From: Squalus acanthias
Lineage: Eukaryota
Reading direction: 5' to 3'
Length of the DNA: 64,000 bases
NCBI GenBank assembly: GCA_030390025.1
Contig: CM059432.1
Coordinates: 139,688,001 to 139,752,000, forward strand
Part shown: in pieces, positions 50,455-62,121 of the stretch
Layout: each line of letters opens with the position of its first letter
Numbering within the stretch: position 1 is the first letter of the stretch
Notes under the pieces: model-generated
Told to the model about the DNA's origin: nothing
Database searches by the model: none
Seen by the model: only the letters and a program-made list of their open reading frames with translations
Program-made: the position numbers and the translations under genes

Positions 50455-51050
50455 TTTAGAAGGATATACTTGCCTTGGAGGCGGTGCATTGAAGGTTCAC
50501 TAGATTGATTCCTGGGATGAGAGGGTTGTCCTATGAGGAGAGTGTAGAATGGGCCTATACTCTCTGGAGTTTAGAAGAATTAGAGGTGATCTCATTGAAA
50601 CATACAAGATTCTGAGGGGGATTGATGGGGTAGATGCTGAGAGGTTGTTTTCCCTGGCTGGGGAGTCTCGAACTAGGGGGCATAGTTTCAGGATAAAGGG
50701 TCGGCCATGTAAGACTGAGATGAGGAGGAATTTCTTCACTCAGATGGTTGTGAATCTTTGGCATTCTCTACCCTAGAGGGCTGTGGATGCTCAGTCGTTG
50801 AGTATATTCAAGGCTGAGATAGATAGATATTTGGACTCTAGGGGAATTAAGGGATATGGGGCCTGCTGAGTGTTGCCAGCATTTTCTGTTATTTCAGATT
50901 TCCAGCATCCGCAGTATTTTGCTATTGTATAAGGGATATGAGGATCGGGCAGGAAAGTGGAGTTGAGGTAGAAGATCAGCCATGATCTTATTGAATGGCG
51001 GAGCACGCTCGAGGGGCTAAATGGCCTACTCCTGCTCCTATTTCTTATGT
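50455..51050 (+). mobile_element. CR1 3' fragment with a nested Penelope-like piece (50862-50927)
   Basis: GLYSLEFRRIRGDLIETYKIL; AAGGGATATG duplicated around the insert. Confidence 0.85.
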
Positions 51051-51528
51051 ACCCTTCTCTCTGCAAAACTACAGCCATTCAAATCCCTATAAATCATGTT
51101 TGCAGTATTTTATTGAAACAAGCTTAATAAACCTGGTCATGAACTGAGATTACATTTTGCTGAACATTGAAAATCACTGACTTGTTTTCTTTTCTGCAAA
51201 GCCACAAAGCATTTTTAACTGCTGCCAAATTATAAAATAATGACCAAACATGGAAAACCCTCCTACAGCTGGTGTAGTGGGAGGACTATCCTTCGGAATA
51301 GAATGGGATTTGTGTTATCCTGTTGGAATTGTCAGTTTAATGAAGGGGAGCTCCGAATTGCAAGCAGCGGGTGTGTACAGTGCCTGACCTGGGGGCACTT
51401 TTACCCTGATCATGCTTAGACTGGAGTCAAAACCCACGTCTGAGCTTTGAGTTTGTGAAATCAGCTGGCTTTATAATGTCGGGTAACCTAATGAATCGGG
51501 AAGTGGAAAAAAAAACCATGGCCACCGC

Positions 51529-51681
51529 CAATGTTCCCTGCGCTTTGTTCTGCGCGTCCTGTTTCTTTTACTGTGCAGTCCCTTTAAATTTCTGCGCATG
51601 CACAGTACTCGCAATGTATAAGCCGGTGAGCGGTCTGCGCGGGACCTTTCCCATTGGCCGCGCAGCTTAGAGGGTACATTG
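51529..51681. mobile_element. Short hAT-type MITE (partial relative at ~59230-59373)
   Basis: TIR CAATGTTCCCT / AGGGTACATTG; 8-bp TSD GCCACCGC / GCCACCAC (7 of 8 match). Confidence 0.75.
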
Positions 51682-53259
51682 GCCACCACCCCTCCTGCTT
51701 CCCGACTTTCCCTCGTTTTCCTTAATAATTTTAAACCTGCGATCAATAGGTTTATACAAGGGTATAAAAGGTGGATGGGGTTAAGATACAGATCAGCCAT
51801 GATCTCATTGAATGCCGGGTCAGGCTTGAGGGGCTGAACGGCCTACTCCTGTTCCTATGTTCACAAAGGTTTGCTTAAAGTCACTTTTTAAAAAAAAAAA
51901 CTTTAAGTAGCATAGCAGCAGGGAAGAGCTGTAGAGAGTTATAATAGGGATGGTGTACTCAAAAATCGACTTGGTGGTTGGTAGAGCTGAAGGCACAGAA
52001 CGATTTAGTAGAAATTTGACTTGAGTGGATCCAGATTTCCCATAATCTAATGCATGCTCCAGCAATCCTGGAGGAGGGAAAACTAAAATAACTCATTTGT
52101 GTACATGCCAACATGCTGTGTTTTACGTGTTTGTGGGTATGCACAGAACGCTTTATATTTTACATTGATGGGATGAGAGCGGTTGACCAGATTAAGTGCG
52201 AGGAAAGCACTGGTCTGGAGGGGAGGCCAAGGTTACAAACGATACAGAAAGAGTTGGACTGGCAGCAACCCACTCCTCTGATCTGTCGCAAATTCAGTAG
52301 TGGTTCTGGCAAGGTTATAATGGCGGGAGGCTGCGTTTACTGGATCACTCTAATTTTACTAAATCCACATAATGTTTGTAGTGAGGAACAGGAGAAGAAT
52401 CTATCTCGTTTCTCAACGCTCGCCTTCAGTACAAATCGATTCACGGAAAGCAGAATATAATGCTGGTTAGGTTTTTTATATAATGGGGATATATTAAAGA
52501 TGCTTATTTTTATTTGTAAAATTTGGGTTTATTTGCTTAAAAATCCTGAGTATGCTGTGCAGAGAAATTGTAAATTCTTTCACAGTTGTAATTATTGCTA
52601 AATGAAAACCGTGAACCTGGTTGCCTCCTTGTTTAAACTAGTAAATGGTTCCTCTTTCTCCTCCGTTTTCTCCCCATCTCCTAAAGGTGCAGGCTGCTCT
52701 CTGTATCTCACTCAAGTGTGAACCTGTACAGTGAGCATCAACAGAGGGTGGGGGTGGCAGAAGTCACAACCAAACCTGAATTTGTCCTTGCACAATGTAC
52801 ACTTTCCAGCAGAGGTCACTGGATAATGATCAGGACCCTGGCTGTCTTCCAAGTTCCTTGTCCAGGGTCACTTGAGTGCATCTGCTGTGATGTCTCGACT
52901 TGTGTCCAGGCGACACCAACTAATTCAGCCCAGACCAGGATTGAACCTTGGACATTCTTGATCTGTGTGATGCAGTCCCGCACTGGCAGATGAATGAGCT
53001 TGTTGAGCCATTGGGAGTGCTGCGTCGGTGTGGGGGCACTCATTCTTTAAACCAAGTTGAAGTTTTCAGTCCTTTGTAATTTATGATGGTGGCATTTCTT
53101 CCTCAATAACTGCATCAGAGAGGAAACTTGCACCCTGTTTCCCGAGGTGAATGATGGTATCCAATGCCCTACGCTATGCATTATCCGGTATTTTTCTGAC
53201 ATTTTTGAACTACCTGAAAGCGCAGTCTGCAATATAATTCTTTGTGTTTTTTTATACAG

Positions 53260-53324
53260 GGTTCTTTGATGGGAGAACAGCAGATTACATATTTATGTTA
53301 TTTTTCAACTGGATTTGCACAGTG
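53260..53324 (+). CDS. DERL1: Derlin-1 exon 3
   Basis: cag|..FFDGRTADYIFMLFFNWICTV|gtatcctttt (U12-type donor); 65 nt. Confidence 0.93.
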
Positions 53325-53351
53325 GTATCCTTTTTGTGAAGAGATGTTGAA

Positions 53352-53760
53352 GAATTTGCATTTATATAGCGCCTTTCACAACCTCAGGGCGTCCCAAAGC
53401 CTTGTATAGCCAATGATTTACTTTTTGAAGTGTTGTAACGTAGGAAACGCAGCAGCTAATGTGTGCACAGCAAGGTCTCCCAAACAGCAATGAGATAATG
53501 AGTAGATAATTTTTTTTAGTGATGCTGGTTGTGGGATAAATATTGGCCAGGACATTAGCGAGAACTCCCCAGCTCCTCTTCAAAATAGTGCCATGGGATC
53601 TTTTACGTCCACCTGAGAGGGCAGACGTCTCATCCGAAAGACGGTACCTCCGACAGTGTCCGTGTCAGCCTAGATTTTGTGCTCAAGTCTCTGGAGTGGG
53701 ATTTGAACCCACAACTTTCTGACTCCGAGACGAGAGTGCTACCCACTGAGCCACGGCTGA
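53352..53760 (-). mobile_element. DeuSINE-type SINE inside the U12-type intron
   Basis: Homology to the other copies; starts about 28 nt after the donor. Confidence 0.82.
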
Positions 53761-54134
53761 TGGTGGTAGTAAGCCATACAGACTAAAGCAAAGTAGGCAT
53801 AGGCTGGGGGACAGGATTGGGCTCCGCTGTGATGCTCGATGTTCAGTGTCTCGCTCACACGTGAAGAATAACCATTGGGCAAGGCACTGGAGGATGTCTT
53901 GTGCCTGTGTAATTGTACCCCTGCACACGTCACTGCCTTTGGGCAAGGAGTTTGTACCAATGATGGACCGAGGAAGAAACTCGACGCAAATTATTTTTCT
54001 TTCTATTTTTTGCCAACTTCCAGACCATTTACCACATTAAAGCATTGAGGCATGTACGCTTAAAAGAAATGGGTACAAATATGTTAATAGGAATTAACAT
54101 GCCATTAATGTTTTCCTGATCAATACTGTAACAG

Positions 54135-54161
54135 ATTGTTGGATTAATCATTGGAATGCCT
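54135..54161 (+). CDS. DERL1: Derlin-1 exon 4 (27-nt microexon)
   Basis: acag|IVGLIIGMP|gtaagt; same size and position as the recalled mammalian ITGLAMDMQ exon; keeps the frame. Confidence 0.82.
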
Positions 54162-54360
54162 GTAAGTATTTTGGACACTTCATGGAAATCTAGTTGGTGT
54201 TTGATTTTAAGATGAGTTGCTGGGAAAATTGGCATTATAGTTTGTCCATGACCACAGTTCATGTTTCTTTTTGGGTGAGTAGAGGGAGGATTGAAGGTAA
54301 ATCTCACTTACAAAAACATGCACCTGAAGTTCTCGTTCTACTTTACACCAGCGAACCCTT

Positions 54361-55061
54361 GGCCCGGATTTTCCAGGGCCTATGACCACGTACGCGGCTG
54401 TAAGTGCCCCGCAGGTTCCGGGTTTCCGCGTGTGATGCGCATGGGCGAAAACCCGGAACTTGTAATCTGTCAAGATTCAGCTTGACAGATCCGCTGCATC
54501 CCTGGGAAATGGACATTCACTGGCGGAGAGTTATTTGCCCAACTACTGCCCAGCGAATGCCCGTGAAACGCTTATGCCCAGTAAAAGCAGGCGTATGGTC
54601 TTTTACCAGCGTAAGAGTTTAAATAAATTTTAAAAACTTTTAAAATTAGTTTAGGTTATTTTTAGCCCCTTTAAAACGTTTATAAATTTATTTTTCAAAA
54701 AATTAAATTATTGTTTTAAATGTTTAATTTGTATTTTAATTAATTTTGAACATGTAATTTATTTTTATTGAACTGGTGTGTAATTGTGTTTTTTAGGGGA
54801 TTCCTATTCATGCTTATGGGGATTCCATACATAAATGGAATCCCCATAAGAATAATTGGGGTCTCCCTTTTTGATTGGTTGGTTGGGCCGGCCCACGTTG
54901 ATCCCAGGGACGCTTGCGAACTGCGTGCGCCTTTACACAGGCGTACACCTGCACGCCCAGGAGCGCAAGTGTCCGAACCTCCGGGACCAGGTAGGTTTGT
55001 TCTTTTCTTGCGGGTCGGAGGCATTCGGCTACTGGAAGCTTCCGACCGCAAATTCAGGCCC
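54361..55061. mobile_element. Harbinger-like MITE
   Basis: Ends GGCCCGGATTTTCC / GCAAATTCAGGCC; CpG-rich ends with an AT-rich centre. Confidence 0.55.
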
Positions 55062-55917
55062 CTTGTGTTGCTGATCAAATTACATGCAAGACCAACAAAC
55101 TAGAATCCAATTGGTTTACGTTGGTGTGAAAGAGAGGTTTCATTATAGTATGTTTAGTAGTTGGGCTTTGGTGAATTTGACTCTGACTCTGGCCCACTGT
55201 GTATCCTCCCTCTGTTTCGCCATCAGTGTCAGAGCCTTTGGTTATCGTGACTGCAACTCTGGGACTCTTTTCCTAAACTTTCCTGCCTTGCTACATCTAT
55301 CACTGCCTTCAAAAGCCCCTTCAAAACCTCCTCCAGCCCGACAACTCTTTGAGAACTCTGCGTTCCTCCAATTCTGACCACTTGGGCATCCTGATTTCCT
55401 TCGCCCCTCCATTGCCAGCTGACTAGGCCTTAACCTCTGGAATTCCCGCCTTAAACCTCTCCGCCTCTCTTCCCCTGTTAAGACGCTCCTTAAAACTTAC
55501 CTCTTTGACCAAGCCTTTGGTCACCTGACCTAATATCTCCTTATGTGGCTCGGTGTCCAATTTTGTTAACGCTCCTGTGAAGTGCTAAGGGACGTTTTAC
55601 TACTATATAAATACAAGTTGTTGTTCAAAAGCCCCCCTCAAAACCTACCTCTTTGGCCATTCCTTTAATTTCACCACTATTGGGTCCATTTCGCCCCATC
55701 CCCCCTTTCTGTGAAGCACCTTGAAGCATTTTGCTATAAAGATGCAACATGCACATTCTTGCAATTAATACTTTCACTTGATGAGACGCAAGTGGCACAA
55801 AAAAACCTCTTGCATTTTAAAAATCAGAGTTTTGGTGTTTGATTTACACCCTGGCACCATAAATTGTTGGGTTTAAAAAAAAAAAAATCTTTCATCCCTA
55901 TTGTACAGTCTCTTTCT

Positions 55918-56312
55918 TAGACATAGAAACTAGGAGCAGGAGTAGGCCATTCGGCCCGTCGAGCCTGCTCCACCATTCAATACGATCATGGCTGATCATC
56001 CAAATCCAGTACCCTGTCCCTGCTCTCTCACACAGAATCCCCATCGAGCCTGCACCGACACATATCCCACCCTATCCCCATAACCCCACATATTTAATCC
56101 CCCCTAACACTAAGGATCAATTTATCATAGCCAAATCAACCTAATCCGCACATTTTTGGACTGTGGGAGGAAACCGGAGCACCCGGAGGAAACCCACGCA
56201 GACACGGGGAGAATGTGCAAACTCCACACAGACAGTCACCCGAGGCCAGATTCGAACCCGGGTCCCTGGCGCTGTGAGGCACCAGTGCTAACCACTATGC
56301 CACCGTGTTGCC
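55918..56312 (-). mobile_element. HE1/V-SINE, full length
   Basis: Closely similar to 13481-13905. Confidence 0.88.
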
Positions 56313-57171
56313 ACTGTTAGATCATGTGAAGAATTTGGTGGTACTTTCATTTTTCTCTTCCCTTCCCCTTCTCTCCCCGCTCCCCCCCCCCCGGAGTGCT
56401 CATTAAATTGGATGAAGCACCTGGGACTTTAACACTTTGCCTGGAGGCAAGGCGATTGTCCATGGAAATCAGCTAGAATGTCGGGTCTGCCCCAATGTTG
56501 CAATAGTGAAACCGTAACTCCCACTTTGCACCTTGTGTGTCAATATCAAGGAGTGATGGTCATAGAGAGACAAAAGGAAAAAAGATCTTTCTGCAATTTG
56601 AGAATAAATGGCTTCTTCATAAGTGAAAGATGTTTTATTACGGGGGAGGGGCGTGGAGCAATCCCATGAAGGCTGATGCTGGAGTGTGATTTCTTTTCTC
56701 TAGTGCATACCTACCTAACCCTTTCGCTATTCCTAACAAAGCACCTGTTCTTATCCAGATATGTTTCCTTAGCATGTTGTCCAGTGAAATACAACATCGA
56801 GCTTTCATATTCACACGAACAGGATAGCTTGTGGGCAGGAATGTGTTTCATCTAGAATATCAAACCATAAGTGTGAAATCTGAGTGACTTACTAATGTCC
56901 TTTGAACTCCGATACCTGTTGAAGCATGTTCTAAATGATGTAGCACAAACCGTTTCCCTGAAAGCGGACCTTTAGTTTGGTGGTGGGATGCTGAGAGCGT
57001 ACCATGGAGCACCTGCTGCAGTGAGGTTATACCTACGTGATTCAAACTGCAGTGATGTAGACCGTGACTTATACTGAGCGTGTGAGGGAATGCACAAGCA
57101 TGAACCAAGAAATATGGTGGTTAGACACTAGGGGCTGTTTCCTCTTTTGCTAAGACAGATAACTAACACAG

Positions 57172-57805
57172 CTATAGAATAGTACAGCACAGGAGGAGGC
57201 CATTCGGCACATCGAGTCTGTGCCGGCTCTTTCGAAGAGCAGTCCAGTTAGTCCCACTCCCCCCCGCTCTTTCCCCATATCCCTGCAATTTTTTCTCCTT
57301 GAAGTATTTATCCAATTCCATTTTGAAAGCTACTATTGAACTTGTTTCCACCACCCTATCCGGCAGTACATTCCAAATCTTAACCACTCGTTGCGTAAAT
57401 CTTTTGCCAACCACCTTAAATCCATGCCCTCTGGTTATCGACCCTTCAGCCATTGGAAACAGTTTCTCTTTATTTACTCCTATCTAAACCCTTCATGATT
57501 TTAAATACCTCTATCAAATCTCCTCTTGGCCTTCTCTGCACTAAGGAGAACAACCCTAGCTTCTCCGGTCCATCCACGTGACTGTATTCCCCCATCCCTG
57601 GAACCATTCTAGTAAATCTCTTCTGCACCCTCTCCAAAGCCTTCACGTCCTTCCTAAAGTGCGGTGCCCAGAATTGGACACAATACTCCAGCTGGGGCCG
57701 AACTAGTGTTTTATACAGGTTTAGCATAACTTCCTGGCTTTTGTAATCTATCCCTCTATTTATAAAGCCCAGGATCCCATATGCTTTATTAACTGCTTTG
57801 TTAAC
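57172..57805 (-). mobile_element. CR1 3' fragment ending about 35 nt before DERL1 exon 5
   Basis: ORFs 57470..57727 and 57172..57453. Confidence 0.9.
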
Positions 57806-57839
57806 CTTTTATAATGTGATAACCATTCCCTCTTGGCAG

Positions 57840-57935
57840 ATATTGTTCGTCCCCCTCGTTCTGACGGTGGTGTATGTGTGGGCACAACTGAACAAAGACC
57901 AGATTGTAACATTTTGGTTCGGGATGACGTTCAAG
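57840..57935 (+). CDS. DERL1: Derlin-1 exon 5
   Basis: cag|ILFVPLVLTVVYVWAQLNKDQIVTFWFGMTFK|gtagga; 96 nt. Confidence 0.94.
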
Positions 57936-58129
57936 GTAGGAAAATCTAACCATTATTGTTAATCTAAATGTTGGAACAAAAGCTGCATTTCTAGCTTCCC
58001 AATGGCTTAGTCAGTAGGCACACCATCTGATTTGTTAATGACCAACACAGATGCTCCCAGATTTTATCTGTGGTCTGTGCATAGTTGGCTGATGTCAACC
58101 AGGACAGCAGCAGGGTGCTACAGTTGGCC

Positions 58130-58486
58130 TCTATGTATTTTCTTTTACGTCCTCGGGATGTCCCAAAGGGCATCATCGCCATTGGAGTACTTTTTTTGAC
58201 TTTTGTAATGTAGGCAAGCGTGCACAGCAAGGCCCCACAAGCAGCAATGAGATAAATGACCGGATAATATGTTTTTAGTGATGTTGGTCGAGGGATAAAT
58301 GTTGACAGACGGGGCCTCGGATTAACGTCCCATCCGAAAGACGGCACGCCCGACAGTGCAGCACTCCCTCAGCACTGCACTGGAGTGTCAGCCTGGATTA
58401 TGTGCTCAAGTCTCTGAAGTGGGACTCGAATTCATGACCGTCTAACTCAGAGGCAAGAGTGCTGCCACTAAACCTAGGCTGACACT
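58130..58486 (-). mobile_element. DeuSINE-type SINE, internally deleted
   Basis: Homology to the other copies. Confidence 0.78.
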
Positions 58487-58791
58487 GAGAGTGTTGAATG
58501 TTAACTATTCCTTGGTGTTTTTGATTTTCCTTCTTCAGAGAAAGTGTCTAATCTTCATTCTGCATCTTCCCAGGGACTTAGTACAACCTGGGAACTCGGT
58601 GTGAGGTATTGGGAGGGGGGGTTGGTGGGATGGGGTAGAAGCACCTGTAATGCCACTATGTAGCAAAACATGTGACAGTGGATAAATACACAATGCCCCC
58701 GGACCACCCAATACCCACTTTTCAACAAAAATCTACATTTGAGTACAGTACAAAAATCTTCACCTTTTTATGTTTTACATTGTTTGCACAG

Positions 58792-58844
58792 GCTTGTTAC
58801 CTACCTTGGGCTCTGCTAATATTCAACTATATTCTGAGAAATTC
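58792..58844 (+). CDS. DERL1: Derlin-1 exon 6
   Basis: cag|ACYLPWALLIFNYILRN(S)|gtaagt; 53 nt. Confidence 0.94.
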
Positions 58845-60571
58845 GTAAGTACACAAGATTAAATTCTCTCTTTCTCTGGTACAGGTGATCAGAAATTCAT
58901 ATTGAATGAACGCAGTGTAAAAGTCAGTCTCTGAGCCTTGTAGACCAGGAACACGCCAGGGTTGATCTATGGCCTGCGTTAAGGTTAGCAAAAGGCGGGG
59001 GGGCACTGCACTTGGTCTCAGTGTTACTAGGCTAGAGAAGGAATATTTTCCAGAGTTCCTGCTCCTGACTACTATTCAGTGACCCTTGCTGGATGTGCAT
59101 ATATGTGGGCTCCAGGTGAGAACAGGATTGACCTCCGCTGTGATTCTAGTTGGATAGGCTGCTAGCACTCGCACCCATACATGACCAGTGACCACTTGGG
59201 GGTGGGTGGAGGGCAACTGTTCCACATAAATCGTCCTCCTGCAAAGCCTGTTTCTTTAAATGCGCGGTCCCAAATTTCTGCGCGTGCGCAGTATTTACAA
59301 TGTAAAGGCCAGTGAGCGGCCTGCGTGGGACCTTTCAGATTAACGCGCGGCCACGCAACTTAACGGGAACATTGCTCACAGCTCTGCCATGAACCAGTGC
59401 AATCGGGCAGCGTTTTATAACGTCATTTCTTTTTTATAAAATTTTGCTTTAAAAATATTCCGTGATATGTTTAAGAATGGTAACTTGGTGCAGTTTTGAT
59501 TAATTCAGCTGAAAATGGGTTTATCACAAAAAAATAAGCATTTTAAATCACAGTGCCAATCTACCACCTGTGAGTTAACCTGATTTCAAATTACTAAAAA
59601 ATATACAAAACTATTTTCTAGTTAGATTGGGGTACAGTAGTCAGTTCCTTAATAAATTTAAAAAAAAAAAATTTCTTTCAAAACTATCTATTAGTGTCCT
59701 TGCGCCCAAAAGATCCAGCTTAATTTTTGGAGCCTCCTCGAAGGCCCATAAACGAGCGCAATTAGCGGAAACTCCCAATGGTGATGAATTCACCTTGGGG
59801 GCGTGGCCAGCTTCTAGCGCGATGTTTTTAAAACTAGCGCAAAACATCGCAGATACTCAGGTTGCGCTGAACCCAATTTGCGCTTAAAATGCCTCGCGGT
59901 CCCTGGTTCCTAATTCCACACGAGGACCTGCAAACCAAGGCGTCGAACACTCCTCGTCGCTTAACACAAAAAAAAGGAAAACTGCTTTGTGCTGAAACTT
60001 TGGATCCTGAGCTGTGCTAGCCTTGGTGATTCCTCGCACCTTCACCTTTCCCAGTCTGCGTACGTCACTGAAGGCAGAATATAGTCTCAAAATCTACTTC
60101 TTCCTCTTGGACACCTGTCGGCTGCCCACCTTCCAACAAAGGGGGGGGAAAAAATTCACCCGGACCCAATTCAGAATTCAACTCCTTGTAGGTGCAGGAG
60201 TTGAACGTGTAGTGTTGGAAAGAGACTAAATTGTGCCGAAGAATCCCGCGCAATCGAGCGGAAACTCCAGCCCTAGATACTTAAAAACGGTTCAGCACAG
60301 TGAGGTAAAACTCATTCCGCACAATGATGCCAGTGAGCGCTATAGCAAAGAGACTGATTCAAAGGAGAGGCTTGAGAAATCTATCCCAGTCAGTGTCCAA
60401 AGTGTAGCAGCACCACATTTCAGTTTAATCCCTTGTTCATACGATTGGTTTTAAATTTGTTGATGCATTTGTCTTTCTTGTTCATCTTGAACTTGCCTTT
60501 GTGTGTGTTCTGCAAATTTAAAAAAAAGGTGCTTTTGGATTTTTGTTAATTTTTTTTTAAATCCATGGCAG

Positions 60572-60682
60572 GATAATGGATGAGCTTGTTGGTATCTTTG
60601 TTGGCCATATGTACTACGTCCTGATGTTTAAATACCCTCAAGATTATGGTGGAAGAACATTTCTTTGTACACCACAGTTTCT
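60572..60682 (+). CDS. DERL1: Derlin-1 exon 7 (GxxxG helix)
   Basis: cag|..IMDELVGIFVGHMYYVLMFKYPQDYGGRTFLCTPQF(L)|gtaagt; 111 nt. Confidence 0.94.
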
Positions 60683-60829
60683 GTAAGTAAAAATAATTGG
60701 TACTGTTACACTTTGCTATTGATTTTGTTTTGTTGAATCTTTAACGATTTTGATCACAATTTTGTGAGATTATATTTGGAAAACTGTGTTTACCTTCTCT
60801 TCTCTCTTTTCCCCCCCCCTTCACTCCAG

Positions 60830-60974
60830 GGCTCGATGGTTTCCTCCGAGGAGGGGTGGTATATCTGGTTTTGGAGTCCGACCAGCTAGCAGGAGACCAC
60901 AACCCGAAGATCAAGGGGCTCGATGGGGGAGAGGGTATTTCTGGGGCCAAGGTCAGAGACTAGGAGACAACTGA
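60830..60974 (+). CDS. DERL1: Derlin-1 last coding exon (SHP box, p97-binding)
   Basis: cag|..ARWFPPRRGGISGFGVRP..YFWGQGQRLGDN*; total CDS 756 nt = 251 aa plus stop. Confidence 0.94.
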
Positions 60975-62115
60975 ACATCTTTTCTACATACGCCCGAACA
61001 CTTGCATTTGAGTCATTTCTCAGTACAATGCGTGTTGCCCAACAGAGTGTCTTGTGTTCTGGGATTACAGCTGAAAGTTTAATGATATGACTATGGGAGG
61101 CTGGTAGGATTATGAAAAGTCTGTCTACTTGGCTGATAAAGAAAGCATATGAATTATTGATCTGGAACTGTACAAATGTATATCTCCTGTAGACTGTAAG
61201 TACCATGAATCTGATCTTTAAGGGGGATCTCGCTTTCAGAAGAATTTTGTAGAGTTAGTCAAAGTCTGTAACCTGGTTTTTTAAGTTGACCAGTCTATGC
61301 AGGCAGATGTTCTTGTTTGTTCTTCCAATTACTACAGTTGAAACTCGACTACCCACTATAACAGAAAGGACTCTTTCCCCTCGCACCTTCCCTGGGGCAT
61401 AACACAAATTGGCAGGAAAATCAAGATTTCCCGAATTACTGTATTCTACTGATTTCTCTATTGGACTGTGTTTAGACAGGCAGCATCTGCATTGATCAGG
61501 TTGGCATGGAAGATGGATGCCAGGGAACTCACTGGTGAAACAACGCACACACTGTCTCTTAGCATTTCGCCCCTGTGCCTGGGGTGCTGGGATTGGCATC
61601 GGTGTGGTTTTATGGCCAACTTTCCTGGGTCTACAGCAGAACCAGCAGCTTGGGGGCTCGTGTCTGTGTGCGGGGGGGGAGAACCAAGAGAGGAAGCTTT
61701 GAGCTGGCAGATCAGCTGATTGAAGAGCTGTCCAATACCCCCAGCGGGCAGATTGTATTCTGAGACACGGCGACATTGACAGCACCAACTCCCGCTGATC
61801 ATGGAAGTCCTCGGAAACTGAATAATCAAATTTCCATTGTGTTGCTTTCTATGATTCTTTATCAGAATTCTGCAATCCAAATTGTGACAATGGTTTGGTT
61901 AATTGGCTGCTCAAAGTTTTTCTAATCGGCAAGGGGAAAAAAAATTAGTAAGTCCGTCTGCAGATAGAGAATAATACTTCATTGTTTTTTGTGCTAATTT
62001 CTTCAGTACTATAATACAGCTATCAGAATTATTGCCAAATTGTATTTATAATCTGTATTTTAGAACTTAAGAAACAGGACGGGTTGGCTCTCCTCCTGAT
62101 CAGAATAATCAACTT

Positions 62116-62121
62116 AATAAA
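62116..62121 (+). terminator. Candidate DERL1 polyadenylation signal
   Basis: AATAAA about 1.14 kb after the stop with a T-rich tract downstream; a second AATAAA at 62656-62661. Confidence 0.4.

Noticed and set aside
59620..60273. Possible further Harbinger-like MITE
   Set aside because: Only one TIR-like end (AAACTCCAGCCC) was found, with no matching left end or TSD
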